Positions 12,149 to 25,675 of a DNA stretch of 64,000 nt are shown here, one piece after another. Below the pieces are notes generated by a model. It did no database searches. It saw nothing but the letters and a program-made list of their open reading frames with translations, and was not told the DNA's origin. Within the stretch, counting starts at the first letter, position 1. The number at the start of each line of letters is the position of its first letter. The stretch is from Nemertoderma westbladi (Eukaryota; Animalia; Xenacoelomorpha), in NCBI GenBank assembly GCA_032718475.1, contig JAUCBJ010007513.1, forward strand, positions 62,001 to 126,000, written 5' to 3'. The position numbers were made by a program, and so were the translations under genes.

Positions 12149-15100
12149 CGTAGGAAGAACATGGCCAAAATATGCACGGGAAATTATAAAGTTCTCGATG
12201 GCAGGTAGAGAATCTTCCCATTTCATCCATTTCTTTAACAATTCTCCCTTAAGCGGATCGTCCCATGAGTGGTTTTCAAGCCACATTTGTTGTACTAAAC
12301 TCCGAGCAATCAATATAGCTGGGCTAATAAATCCCAATGGGTCGAAATAAGTGCTCAGGATACTTAAACAAATCCGTTTGGTCCGAACTGGATTATCTCG
12401 CTGTTTTAACTGAAAAAACAGGATGTCTCTTTCAGTGTCCCACTTCAAGCCTAGCGTCTTGGTTTCAGGAAGATCGTCCTTTATTAAGTCTAGGTCTTTC
12501 GTTCCTCGGTCTTCTACCGGTATGGCTTCCAGAAACTCCCGGGAGTTGCTAGTGAATTTCGTCAGTCGAAATCCACCTCTTTTCAAACACTCTACCGTTC
12601 CTTTCGCGACAGCTATGGCTTCTTCTACTGATGGAAGGGACCTTAAATTGTCGTCCATGTATATATTGCGTTTTATGTTGTCTATCACTTCTTTTGAGAA
12701 GGAGTCTCGGTTGTCATTCGCAGTGGTTCGCACCACGGAGCAGGCGTTGGAAGGGCTTGATATGATTCCAAAAGCCTGGATGGTCATCCAGTACTCTACA
12801 GGTTTCTGATTGAGGTCTCCTTCAGGCCACCACAGAAATCTCAGGCTGTCTCTATCTCTATCCAGCGCCTTGACTTGTAAGAACATTCCTTCTATATCTG
12901 AGGCGAACGCGATGGAATATTGTCTTAATCTTAAAAGTATTCCCAACAAAGATTGGAGTAAGTTGGGTCCTGGTAACAACTCGGAATTGAGGGATTGGCC
13001 CATATATAGGGCGGAGCCATCGAATACGACTCGTACTTCGTGGGGTTTACCGGGTTTGGGAACGTAATGATGTGTTAAGTAATACGTTCTCTCAGTCACT
13101 GGTGTTCCTTCCGGTACTCGCTCCGCGTATCCCTTTGTTATAAATTTCTTCAGCTGAGTTTGGTACATTTCTTTCGCTGAAGCATTAGCTGTAAGGCATC
13201 GATGTAATTGAGCGATTCTTTTCTCTGCCAAGGGTCTGTTATTTATAAATCTAGGTTCTCGTTTTCGAAATGGTAGGCCGATTTCATATCTACCTTGATC
13301 CTTTAAAAAACGTGTAGTTGTTTCCTGGATTTGCTTGGCTCTTTCTTCTTCTATCGATAGAGCCTTATCATATGAATTGGGCTCTACCAGTTCCTGAGTA
13401 AAGAATCGTACGGCTAGTTCGTCCCGAGTTCTAGCGTTGTAGCGCTCTATCTCATCGTTTAGTTCGTCATTGTAAGCGATGGGTTCCGATGGGCGAATCA
13501 GTTGACATAGGTTCACCTGATTTTTCCAAGTGTGGTTTTCTGTAAGTAGGTCGATTGTGTTCTCTTCATCGAAGAGTTGGTAGATGTCGCCATTATCTGA
13601 GGAGTATGGTGTTCCCTCAGTTAGTTCGTCCACCTCACTGCTCTCCACTTCCCAATCGTTTACTTGGTATATTTGTTCTTGTGGCATTCTCTCTTCGAGA
13701 GTCCTGCGGGAAGGGCCAGTAAAGTACCAACCTACTCTAGTTCTTACCGCATAGGTTTGCAGTGGCTGTGGTTGAGCAGGCCGTTTCTCCAATGTTTCGA
13801 GCGCCTCATGCGCGTTTTGGCCGATGAGTATTTGCACTCCAGGATAATCTGTCTGGAATCGAGGTATCTTAAGATGTTGGATGCTCTCATCCTCGTCCCA
13901 ATTATAAAGATCTGCTTGAGTAGTAGCGAAGTTCTTTATAGCCACCATTTTTACCGACCTTATACCTTGTGCTCCTAACTTATCCTGGGGGGTGGACAAC
14001 ACACCTACATAGTAATCTGCCGTTAGGGTAGATTTCCAAACCTGCATAATTCCTGACATATTCAATTTAGTCCGGAATTTGGGTTGTCCAGCAAAGATAT
14101 CTTCGGCTAATTCTTGATCGATGAATGTTCCTGTGCTGCCGGAGTCAAGGAGTGCGTTCACTATGTAACTTTTGTTAGGACCGTGAACTCTTACCTGCAC
14201 TACAGGAAATTCTCTGATTCCTACGTTGGAAGTTGGAGCTTTCCAAGATGGTTGTTTGGCAAAAGTAGTTGGGGGAAACTCATTGTTGGTGTCCTTTTCA
14301 TAAGTAAGTGCTCGATACAATGCGGTATTGATTAGATAACAGGATTCGTTGGCGTCGGAGAATTCGTCAGTATAGAATCCTTCCATCTCAGATTCTTGAT
14401 CAGTGTCGTTTACATCACTGAATTGGACATGTAGTTCGGGCTCACTTACCTGGCTCGGGTTGTCTCGGTCGAACTCACTGTGTAACAAGATGTGATGTTT
14501 CGCGCCACACTTTGCACACTTTACGTCGGAGTAACAGGTTCGCCGTTGGTGTCCTGATCTGAGGCAATTATAGCATAACCGCTTATTCCACAGGACTGTA
14601 CGTCTGTCTACAAGAGATTTCTTTAGAAATTCAGCACACGCACTCAAACGGTGGGGCCAGTCGCACAGCGCACATTTTGGTTTGATGTTACTCACCTTAC
14701 CTTGGGTAACGTTATGCACTCTCATTTTTTCTTCGGGTTTTCTTCGGTGCATTCTGTTAGGAGACTGAGGAGGGGTCTTGGCAGCCTGTTCTCTCCTATC
14801 GTTGTTTCGAGCCTTGTATTTACTTACGTCTTTTGAGGTTTTGTCAACATAGTAAGATCGATCTGTGTCTTTCCCGCTGTCCTCTTCTTGAGAAGCTTGG
14901 CTTTCGCCGTCGTCAGTGTAACACACCGGTGTTACTCTTCTCCTAGAAGCGGGTTTCTCACTTACCTTATTTTCCGATGTTTTCTCTCTGGACTGCTTGA
15001 TGAGTTGTAGTTTTACTTCACCATCTAAGAAGGACATGAGATCAGCCATGGTAGGACTTCGTCGTTGTTGTTCATTCATGTACAACACTTTCTTGTCCCA

Positions 15101-17854
15101 GCGTGTACATACTCCACCCTTTGGTAAAGTAGAGACTACGGCTCCAATAACCATGGAACTCTGATATTCATGCGACTTACCTAACCAGTCCAATTGTCTA
15201 CAGATCTCTTGAATCTCATCGGAAAACTCTATAATCCCGCTACTAAGGAAGTGTCGGGGGGCTACTAATTTTGCATACAAATACTTAGCTATGTTATCTT
15301 TGTTACCATACCTGATGTTTAATGTATCCCATACTTGTCTTAATCTTTCTGGATGTCCAATAAACTTTAACGCCATTAACCTGGGAGGTCCTTCCAAGCA
15401 TTTGATGAGGAACCTAAGTTTCTCTCCGTTAGATAGTACAGAGTTTTGTATGCTATCTTTGTAGTATTCATTGAAAGGTAGCCATTTCATCTCATCTCCA
15501 TTGAATTTGACGATCTCTCCCACTTTAACCGCTTGGCGGGCTTCTGTTCTAGCCATCTGACGCGTAAAGCTTTCTTGGGCCATCGTGTTATTTAATATCG
15601 AATTATCGGTATATAAATTTCTCGGATCATTATCAGGTCTATAGGGAATATCATTAATAACAGGTCTATAATCACCCTTAATAGGGTTTGCTATAGGAGT
15701 TTCTACTTCACTAGCAGTATAGATGCGTGTAGGCTCCACACCTTGCGCATGTAATACTTCAGACCTAACAGGTTGACACAATGTTACAGGGGGTATTGGT
15801 ATGCCTTTTTGTATATTGACTAACTTGTCGCGTTCTAGCGCGATACTTTGCTGCACTTCTTGCAATTCTGCCCTACCTTCCCTTATGGTTCCCTTAAGTT
15901 GGTGGACAGTCTCCTGCATCTGTCCGAGCAGGAGATTCATCCCCCGCCGTCCCTCCTCAACACACTCGACCGCCAAAGCGGGAGTCGCCAACATTGTAGC
16001 GGGCTGACGCGGGACGACGGGAGACAAATCTTTGATTTCTCTCTCTGCTTCCAGGACAGGGATATTCTCATGGACTGTTCTACCGGGTACAGGCAGTGTA
16101 GTACTGTGTAAAGGGAATTTAGAGTTAAGCTCTGGAAGTACAGGGGTCTCTAGCACAGAAGTGACCTTGGGAACGACAGACCCAATTATTTCAGGCTCAT
16201 CAACTATTGTAGGGAGTCTTTTGACCTGAATAATTTGTTCTGTGGGTTCTGTACTGCCTAAGTCTGCGCTAGTTAGTTGTCTTCTAACCGCCGGGGGCAA
16301 ATTAGGCAATTTGTGGCGGTGAGATGTTTTTCTACGCCTGCTTAGACGAGATCTATTTCCTCTGCCTTCAGGATCGGTGGTTTCGCTTTCCTCCGATGAT
16401 GTGTATCCCTGGCGTTTTGGAGTAGATCTTCTCATCATCTGCATTCGACTAGCAGTTAACTGTTTATTTATGTTGTCTTGCGTCTCTTGCAGATTTTCCA
16501 ACTCCAGTTGGGTAGTCTGCTCAGACGCTCTCCGTTCTGCTTCTGCCACTGCCTTTGCCGCCTTTCTTTGTGCTTCTGCTTTTGCCATTGCCACTGCCTC
16601 CTTTCTTTCCGCTTCTGCTTCTGCGATTGCCGCTGCCTCCTTTATTTCCGCTTCTGCTTCTGCGATTGCCGCTGCTTTTCGGTCCTCTATCCGCCTTTTC
16701 TTTACTTCTTCTTCCTGGACTCTAGCGAGGCAAAGTTTTTCATCAAATTCAGCTTGGTTTGCAGCAAACATTTCAGCATCGATTGAGTCCAACACAAGCT
16801 GGGTTCCTTCACTATTAGGGGAAAGTCCAGACAGCCGTCTCCTCAACTCTTCGTCTCCTAGGAATCGCTGATAGTCGGATAGATAAATGTCGATGGCGTC
16901 TCTCGTTCGTGGTCTCTCTGCGGTCTCTTCGCCTTCCACTTGAGAAAGGGTGGCATCGGTTGGTTCTTCATAGGTTAGTCTCTCAGACAGCTGGGATTTC
17001 CACTGGTCCGTTTCTTGTACTTTGAGGCCTACCCACTGGAACCAAGTTTTGACAGCAACCTGCAGCGACGTGTCCTGTCTTCTTTTGGAAGTTTCCTCAA
17101 AAGCTGATAGGATTAGTCGAATGCGTAGGGTTCTTTCGCGTTTTTGATATAGCAGTTCTTCCTGCTCTTGAGGTCCTTGGGGTTGTCGAAACAGTTGTTC
17201 TTCTAATCGCTCTAAGGAGCCGAAGAACCCCTGCACATATCCTGCTGCCGACCTCTTCCAAACAGCTGGATCCATCGTATCTTTAACCACTCCCATCCTG
17301 TGTATATCTTCCCAAGTAGCCTCGGACAGATCTAACGGGAGTCCGGGTCCGGGAAAGTTCCATTGTGACTCGACAATAGACATCAATTCTTCCCTGGCGT
17401 ATCCCGCATAATTATCTTGTGTCGTTCGCTTATTTCTCGCCCAGTCGGCTTGATGTTCCTCCACCGCAATCAATATAGTAGTTAGCACTGCAGCAGGAAG
17501 GGTGAGAAGGGGGTCCGAGTAGGCTTTAGCCGCCATCTGCAATCCGCGTTCGGGGGTCAGCTCGACAGTATCCGAACTACTGGAGCTATCGGATCGCTGG
17601 GAACAAGTTTCTTGACTAGGCTGTTGCTGCTGTGGGACAGCTGCTTCCTGGTTCCGTTTGACTTGGGCCCGAGTGCCGATAATAGACCTACGGTGTTGGA
17701 TTAGCTTAGGGTCTGATACTTCTACTGGAGGGATGACCTTTCTTTCAGTAGGAGGTGAGCTGAACTCCTTTCTTAATCGCTCCACACTCCTATCTGTGTC
17801 ACAGATGGTTGTATCGATTAGACTGTCTGACAGGTTTTGCTGGGTGTCAGACAT
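12149..17854 (-). CDS. BEL/Pao gag-pol of A1 (Gag, zinc knuckles, protease, RT), cut by the gypsy insertion just before RNase H
   Basis: KFNGDEMKWLPF capsid-like region; three knuckles CALCDWPH/CYNCLRSGH/CAKCGAKHH; LLDSGS; RVVFDGS; YMDD; FDPLG. Confidence 0.92.
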
Positions 17855-19189
17855 GTTTAGCTATACAGTTGAATGCTTACTGCTATAGTTACAGTTAAAG
17901 CAAGTCTAGTAATTCAGTATGACCGTTGGCCTAGTACCGGTAATTTATTGCAGTATATTAGAATACCGGTATACACTTATAATATATATAAGTATTGTAA
18001 ACTAGTTTTGTCACAGAGTACCGGTATATAAATTTAGCACAAATATATATAAATATATAATAGGCCTATCGTGAATACCGGTATACAGCTTACACTTATA
18101 GTATATATAAGTATAATTATGAACTAGAATTAATTACAGAATACCGGTATGATTTCAGCTCAAATTTGTAGAAATAAATATAATAAGCCTATGGTAAATA
18201 CCGGTATGTCAATTATTTTAGAATAATTGAATTTCTGAATATTTTAGGGTTACTTGGTTACTTTAACTTACTTTGTTACCGTTATTTAAGCAGTAGTCCA
18301 ACTGATTTTGAGACCTAGTTGTTGTATGGCAGGCCTACTATTTATAAATCGTTTGAGTTGATTTATAATATTTATATACCCGTTTAAAATGGGTTTTGTC
18401 AATATTTGAAATAAATGTTATTATTTCTGGGGGAGTCACTACACAGAAGCTGTGCGCTCTCAGTGAAGTGCTACTTATTTGACACTAAAACAGATAATTC
18501 TAATTTACCTAAGTTACTTAATACTACAAATTACTTACGATACGGATGAGATTAAATCTCTAAGTAAACACAACAAAATATTACGTACGAAATTTTAGGG
18601 TAATTTTACAGGAAGTCTACAAACCAGCCTAACAAAGGGTTAGAATTCTGGTTATTACAACGGACAGGGTACTACGGTATTTGAAATAATAAGTAGTAGT
18701 AAATATATTGCACTGTCCAGAGAGGAAAATACCACCGCCTGACGACCTATAACCGTATCGCTATAGGTACTACGTTATGTATCACGGAGTGTTCCTACCT
18801 AGAAGCTAATTACCGCGGACTACCAGATCCAGCGTGCCTATTAACCACTTTACAACACAAAATATACTGCCTACACACTAATTACCTCGGAAAGCACTGT
18901 ACACTAAACCCTAAATTAGGTACAAGTACTGGTACAACAAATAATCAGTAGTTAAATATACTTGAACAGTTAAAAGAACCACGGCATCTGCTGGAGTGAC
19001 CGAAGCACAAAGTCACCAGTCTTTTCCTACGCCAAGCAGCCCGTGTAGTACCGGGGTTAATTTAACTATAACGGTATGTGTAACAAACACAATTACTGTA
19101 GGAATAAACTTGGGGACATGAATGTTGCGAATAATCGCATAAACTCTGAATAATATATATTACGCTACCCGTACAGAATACTCAAACAA

Positions 19190-19740
19190 AATACAAACCA
19201 AACGCTGGCAGACTACCACCAAGCCTAAATAAACTACAGTATGTGTAGATTCCAAAATGGTTAGTTAGTATGCGTTCTAACATGGTAGTACGACTTATTC
19301 TTTAAGAGGGGATTGACCTTACAGCTATGGCTGCCCCAACTTACTAACTGGCACTCTAACGGACAAACTCTACACACGCAGCAATCTCTTCAGACCTAAT
19401 AATAGCTAGACAACAATCCAGCCTACAAAATATCTGAGTAATAACTATTACGGTACCTGAACAGACCACACAAACAAACACAGGCCAAAACGTTGGCAGA
19501 ATACTGTCAAGCCTAAATAAACTACAGTATGTGCAGATTCCAAAATGGTTAGTTAGTATGCGTTCTAACACGGTAGTACGACTTATTCTTTAAGAGGGGA
19601 TTGACCTTACAGTTATGACTGCCCCAACTTACTAACTGGCACTTTATCAGACAAACTCAACACTCGCCGTAATCTCTCCAAACCCAACAACAATCCGACA
19701 ACAGTCCGGCCTACAATTATCTGAACAATCTGAGCAGACT
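19190..19740. repeat. About 290-bp tandem duplication in the family A 5' leader
   Basis: Block AAGCCTAAATAAACTACAGTATGTG...GCCCCAACTTACTAACTGGCACT occurs twice; also present in A2 at about 50970-51510. Confidence 0.85.
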
Positions 19741-19899
19741 TACACGTCTTCAGCTCAATATTAACTTACATGTAAATAAAACCGACAGAAATAAGTAAAA
19801 TCTCAATAAAAAACCAGGGCTGCAGTCCCTGATTAAATACTAAGACCTACCGGTATACAATAATCAAAATCGAATAATACTAATGTACTTATACTGGAA

Positions 19900-20045
19900 G
19901 TACCGGTTAGGACAGTTGGGCCTACGGACCTACAGAAATACCGGTTCTGACAGTTGGACCTACGGACCTACAGCAGTACCGGTTCTGGCAGTTGGGCCTA
20001 CGGACCTACAGAAGTACCGGTTCAGGTTTACCGGTCGACCGGTAC
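19900..20045. repeat. About 38-bp tandem repeats with ACCGGT cores in the family A leader
   Basis: Unit TACCGGTTCTGRCAGTTGGRCCTACGGACCTACAGMAG repeated 3-4 times; also at about 50655-50800. Confidence 0.85.
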
Positions 20046-20088
20046 TTTCAACTTTATTGCTTACTGCAATAAAGACAATAACTGTTAT

Positions 20089-21326
20089 TGTACGCGCTTT
20101 TGAAGACCTTTAGCAGTTTAACCTGCCAAAATTTATATGTCTTTTGGTTTATAAATAGACTTTAGAAGATGACAAATATTTAATACCAATGAACACAACA
20201 TTAGCAGAAGCCAGCCTAGTGCGCGTCCATTCACCCGCTGGATATACCCGGGAGACTGGATTCTGAGGGCTTAGATTATTATTGCAGTGTAAGCTTACTG
20301 TATTGTATTATTCGATTGATCGTTAATAAATAATTTCTGACTAATATTATTCACTTTCGGGAAATATTAACAGTTCCTTTAGGACGTGGCGCTCTATCTA
20401 AGTAAACAGAGATATGACTTATACTAATCACAACGGTAAGTCGGTAAGGCTTATGATTCACGTATGAGGCGCATTCTTTAGGAAATGCTTAGTTATCAGT
20501 CACAATCATGCACACTACCGGTAACACACAATACTGCTCACTAATTTGCCGACCGTCAATGAATTTTATCATATATAAAGCGAACAGCAACGGACTCATG
20601 TAGGGCTTATCAAATAGCATTAAATTCACTACAAACCACAATAATATAAGTCGCAATCGCTATATATAACCCGTCTCTCTAACCTGTAGTGTATCAAGAA
20701 AATTGGGAAATTTGGGTTCTTTATATATGTTCTCCAAATAATATTCAACCAAAACACAACAGTAAACAGCATTAAGACGGTAGGTTAAGATATGATATGA
20801 CAAGATGTGACAAGATAACAGTTATACGCTCTATAATCTTAAGCCTACTAATGTTTTTTCTAAAGTATGAAAACGAATTGACTCTAGAGCCGGTGTTCCT
20901 GGCCTAGATAGCAACAACACAACGGTATCACTAAAAACAGTAAGACTGAACACTCCTAGTATGATCGGCCGAATATCTACACGTCGACAGAAAAAATCGC
21001 TCTGATTGGCTCAAGCCAAACAAAGAACCATGCGTCCAATGGCTGTTTCCATGCCAGCAACCAGCTGCTAGATGTCGCAATCTGAATCATCAAGGCTAAG
21101 CTGTGTAAAGGTATTTGGTGCATTGCAGGTTTTTTGCCTTACCATGTCCGCCAAAACACGTATATAGCAGAATGACTTTTATGTCCGTTAAAACACCTAT
21201 AACGGTACCTTGCGGGCGAGGGGAATATATATATAGTTATTGAGCCTTTTAGAGTATTCCAGCGCCTAGGGGGGTAACTGGATTGCGAAGCAAAGGGGCC
21301 AGTTATATCCCACAGAAGCTTTTACA
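20089..21326 (-). repeat. 5' LTR of A1
   Basis: 1238 bp, TG...CA, flanked by TSD AAATG. Confidence 0.96.
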
Positions 21327-21331
21327 AAATG

Positions 21332-21700
21332 TGAGCACTGACTCACATAAATGAGCACATAACTTCAGCAATTTAATATCAATATATCATCATATCACTA
21401 AAAATATCAATTTTTTTTATACTAATATTGTTTTGATGGAGTCTACAACTACTAAATCGACCATTGCGGTTCAAATAAGCATATTCCCTAAGTCTGTTAT
21501 TTATGTCGAAGTCTGATTTTTAGTGATATATTGCATTAACTTGCTTACCTTACCTTATAATTTGGTCTGGGAATTTTTTATAATATACATAGCATTATTA
21601 TAAATAGTATTACTAATTTATTTAGTAATTTTAACAAAAAGACACCGGCAAAAGATTTTGAAAATATCATTTTTGGAATCAGGGCGTTGAAGTGCCCCAC
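21332..21700. mobile_element. Right arm of the MITE-like element split by A1
   Basis: Inverted match to 3250-3560; 21635-21710 also resembles the reverse complement of 3328-3400; outer boundary uncertain. Confidence 0.65.
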
Positions 21701-21857
21701 GAAATGAAATCAGTTTGGCCGGGCATTTTTCTTTTATAAAAAGTTGGTTCAGCCCCACCGTGTCCAGCCTGCACAGCGCTCCGTCCCACCCCCCCGTACC
21801 CCCAACAGAGAAAGTATGTCTATTAATTCCCATGTATTTGATTAGAGTAAAGTCTCA

Positions 21858-22076
<219 letters not shown>

Positions 22077-22443
22077 TTAGACGGATTGTATTGAAAGGTC
22101 TAGTTGACCTGCCCATGAAACAAGAAGTCATCACAACTATATATCTAATGAAACTTCTCAAAGACTTTTTTACTGCTGCTAAGGGTTTGGTTATCATCAA
22201 CATAACACATTCCCACGTGCAGTGGGGTGCACTGGGTACATTATGAAACATTTCATTTCCTTAGCAACGCTGCCAATGGACAGTACCCTATATTTTTCCA
22301 GGCCTTCAGTAGTAAATGTATAACTTTTATGAATTTTTACTATTTTAATGATCACAACTGCATTTAATTTTCAGTAATAAAATATAAACCATTGCATAAT
22401 ACGTGTTACATCGAAATAACACTTGTGACGAAAAATTACCAAC

Positions 22444-22563
22444 CTCTTACATCCCCCCATCCTGCAGCATAACAATCGTTAATAACAAATGTCTCATTGT
22501 AATCCGGGATGCATATTGAGCTGGTATGTGCATTGTACTCCGCTTCTCTGTCTAATATCAAAA
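22444..22563 (-). CDS. Trypsin-like serine protease, middle exon (not in the ORF track)
   Basis: 120-bp phase 1-1 exon encoding LILDREAEYNAHTSSICIPDYNETFVINDCYAAGWGDVR; acceptor TATTTAG, donor GTTGGT; joins both neighbouring exons in frame. Confidence 0.9.
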
Positions 22564-22669
22564 CTAAATATAGAAATCATTATGATTAATAATGTTGTAG
22601 AAATGAAAAATAAGGTTAAGGTTATAGAAAATCTCACCAGTCGCCAGCCGGCGAATGTAATACGGGTCT

Positions 22670-22880
22670 CTATATCTATCAATAATCGGCCTGCTGCATT
22701 GCAGCTGCATATTGAGATGCTATACTGAATACTGGCTAACAAATTATGTGTACCACCCGCCACCACCACCATGCAACACTTGGCTTGTTGTGATGCAGCT
22801 TTGAGTAAGAATGTTATGCCGGCTCATCGACAAAATTGCACCGCCACAACTCGCTATCCCTTTATACGCGAGATTATCCG
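22670..22880 (-). mobile_element. 3' tail fragment related to the RTE-like LINE, intronic
   Basis: GATGCGGATAATC..GAGTTGTGGCGGTGCAATTTTGTCGATGAGCCGGCA and ATGCAGCTGCAATGCAGCAGGCCGAT match 2548-2660. Confidence 0.7.
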
Positions 22881-24539
22881 CATCTTTCTCGTGTGCAGCG
22901 TAGCTGGGCTCAGTGACTCAGATCCGGTTCTAGGAAGAGCGCCAATAGGAATCTGTCTTACCGACACATGTTTTAGAACCATATTAATATTTAACATTAG
23001 AATGGTTAGAAATAGAGCGTATCGAGCCCGGGAGATTTCCTATAATTATTGTATACTATGTATTTATTTTCATTGGTACTGTATTAAATAAGAGCATGGC
23101 GATTGGTTGTTACTGTCAGTCAGCGGTTGAGAGGTGTAAATTAGTTAATACGAAATAATACCAATAATTCTTGAATATCAATTTGTTCTAAATTCACCCA
23201 GTTGCACATACAGAGGAACATACAGTCCTCCTTAACAGCCACACTCATGCATTAAAAAGCAATTGGCTTTGGCTGTATAGTTTTGAATTAAAAAGATAAA
23301 TATATAAGGGGAGTGAGGGACTTTCGAGACAATCGAATTGGGAAAATCGACGAAAATAACAGATGATCACCATCAACAATGAAACTGTGACCAGTGATAT
23401 TGACTAACCGTATATTGTTTTGGTTTCAATAACATGTCACTGCAACCTGCTCCTTTTTCTTAATTGATAATAAACATTAGTAAATTGCCGAGACAAGATA
23501 ATAATTCGCGGTGATGTGATTTGTGTCAATTCCAAAATTGAAATAAAGACAGTAACAACAGAATAACACGTTCATAGGGCCTTCGCGCAGGACGAGGCCC
23601 AGTTATGAGATACAAATTAAAATTGCGCGACTGTATCACAAAATCAGTATTTGAGAAATTTAACCATACCGACAATCAATCAAAGAAAGGGGGACAGTAC
23701 GTGTTCAGCCCTTTTAATCTGCCCCCCCCCCCCCCCCCCTTCCTACCAACTAATACATAACCGCGACATCTACCACCCAAGGGGCGGAAGGGTAGCACAA
23801 ACTTATTTCCAATCACACGTTCAATATGCGAAGCCATGCGGTTTGTAGGAAATATCGAGAATTCGAGAAAATCGAGAATACGAGAAACTCGTTTGAAATA
23901 CCTGCTCATCCCAGTATCCGTCCGTAGTCACCGGACAGCTGCGGTTTAATCCCGTAGAACAGTAGAATTCCCGCAGCTTCCGACCCAATTCGACAACGAA
24001 TTCGCCTCACACTTTCGTGTGGCAGAGAATGTAATCTGGTGCGATACACGTCTGCCCGACTTTCAACAATTTCCCCCAGGGATCCGGCTGTCTGGGCCGC
24101 CGCTAAACCCAAATCGCAATCCTCGTCGATTCGTCCAGTCGTCAACGTAAGTCGGAATCTTCCCACCGCACTCCAAGGTGGGTGGCCTGAGTGAGGCATG
24201 AGGAACTTGGCAGTGGCCCGTATTACGATCCGACTAACCGCCGTATTCCCAGTGTAGTAAATAGAATCTTACTGACAAGCAAGCAATTCCGTAGTATTTA
24301 TTCCTCAGTTAATCGCATCTTGATCCCACTCGGCTGCTCGGGTCCAGACACATCGGACTGTTGGAAGCTGTTTAGATGAAGAAGTTGTTTAGATGGCCTT
24401 GCCAACGACCAACGACCTGAAGACGGTACCGGTAACTCTGTACCACTGTAACAGTTAACAGTACCGGTACCGTACTGATGCCAAGCCTAATAATTTTTGG
24501 GTAGATTAATTTAATATAAATGTAAGACAGTTACACAGA

Positions 24540-24760
24540 TGCTGCACGAAGACCCCACGCAAATTCAACTTGGAAAATTTCTAAACTTTTGCCAGACTAC
24601 AGTTTTACAGTTTGGATATATTTTATCGAGATTTGACTGAGTTATTAATGTTTAAAATTGGACACAACAGAACAACAGATCAACAGAACGACAGACACAC
24701 CGATTGAGTTAGTGGTACCTGTATGCTAAGCTCGCTTACTTTCGTCGCTCGCCCCACAAC
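24540..24760 (-). mobile_element. Possible non-autonomous Helentron/DINE-like repeat
   Basis: End TGTGGGGCGAGC..CTTAGC shared with 46869-46886; short CAGA-type repeats. Confidence 0.35.
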
Positions 24761-24932
24761 AAATGAGATAGTTTTATACAACATTGCTACCACGCTTATA
24801 GAATAAATGACCGGAAGAATTTGGTAATAATTTTTATATTTTGTTAAAACTGAACGCATAAAACGCAACCGCGGAACACAGGATTATACTTTCTCGATTT
24901 TATTCTATATTTCAGTAAGTTGCGCAACTCAC

Positions 24933-25152
24933 ACGCAATGTCATTATCGTAGATATTGTAATTAGGATGTATGTAGAAAGTAACGTTGAAGTATTGCTCC
25001 GCAGAATCTTGTTCCAATAGACTATGTTGCCCAAGAATTAGTTGAATATCTATTGGCGAATATCTTTTCAAGCAATGTGCCGCAGTTATTGCCAGTCTGG
25101 GGTGTACCAAACTGGCACCACAAATGTGATGACCATCATATCTGACGTCGCC
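24933..25152 (-). CDS. Trypsin-like serine protease, exon with catalytic His and Asp
   Basis: GDVRYDGHHICGASLVHPRLAITAAHC...HPNYNIYDNDIA; acceptor TTTTAG, donor GTGAGT. Confidence 0.93.
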
Positions 25153-25675
25153 CTAAAATACAGTTAGGTAGTTTTATTCCAGCTATCTATTTTCTTACAC
25201 TAAATTTTAAGGCATTCATTTCGATGTTCTCAGTTTTTTTTTTTGGAAAAAAAATATGTTTTCCCACTGTATGGGAAAAAATGTAGAGCGAAGTAATAGT
25301 AACCATATGACGATTTATATTCGTAATTACATCTCATCCGACTAAGCTCAACCTACCTACCATTTCATTTCATTTCATTGCTTTTAATCAAATAAATTGA
25401 TATATTTTTAATTATTAAAACAGACCACAGTGACACGTTATAACATATTAAAAATCAATTAAAAAGCACTTTGTGCGGTAGAGGGCATTCAGTGCTAAAA
25501 GTTCTATATTTGATATAGATTATTAGACCCTAACCGAGTCCGAATCGAGTCAGTTCTCAAGATAGAAGGGTTGTTACGGCGATCATGCAGCAAACCTGGG
25601 GACCTCTTAGTACCATATCGCGAAGAGAGTTCTAAAGTTCAGTGGTTCATCATCCCGGAGCATATTCGATTTCCT

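Larger units (their letters stand above)
3596..21326 (-). mobile_element. BEL/Pao LTR retrotransposon family A, copy A1 (internally deleted, carries a nested gypsy element)
   Basis: Two 1238-bp TG...CA LTRs; TSD AAATG at 3591-3595 and 21327-21331; Gag-PR-RT-RH order with BEL/Pao motifs. Confidence 0.96.

Noticed and set aside
21618-21833. Possible last exon of the protease
   Set aside because: Lacks SWG/C/PGVY motifs and runs into MITE-like sequence.
23850-24480. GC-richer intronic block with a 97-aa ORF
   Set aside because: No recognisable motif or splice pattern; probably an unidentified repeat that I cannot classify.
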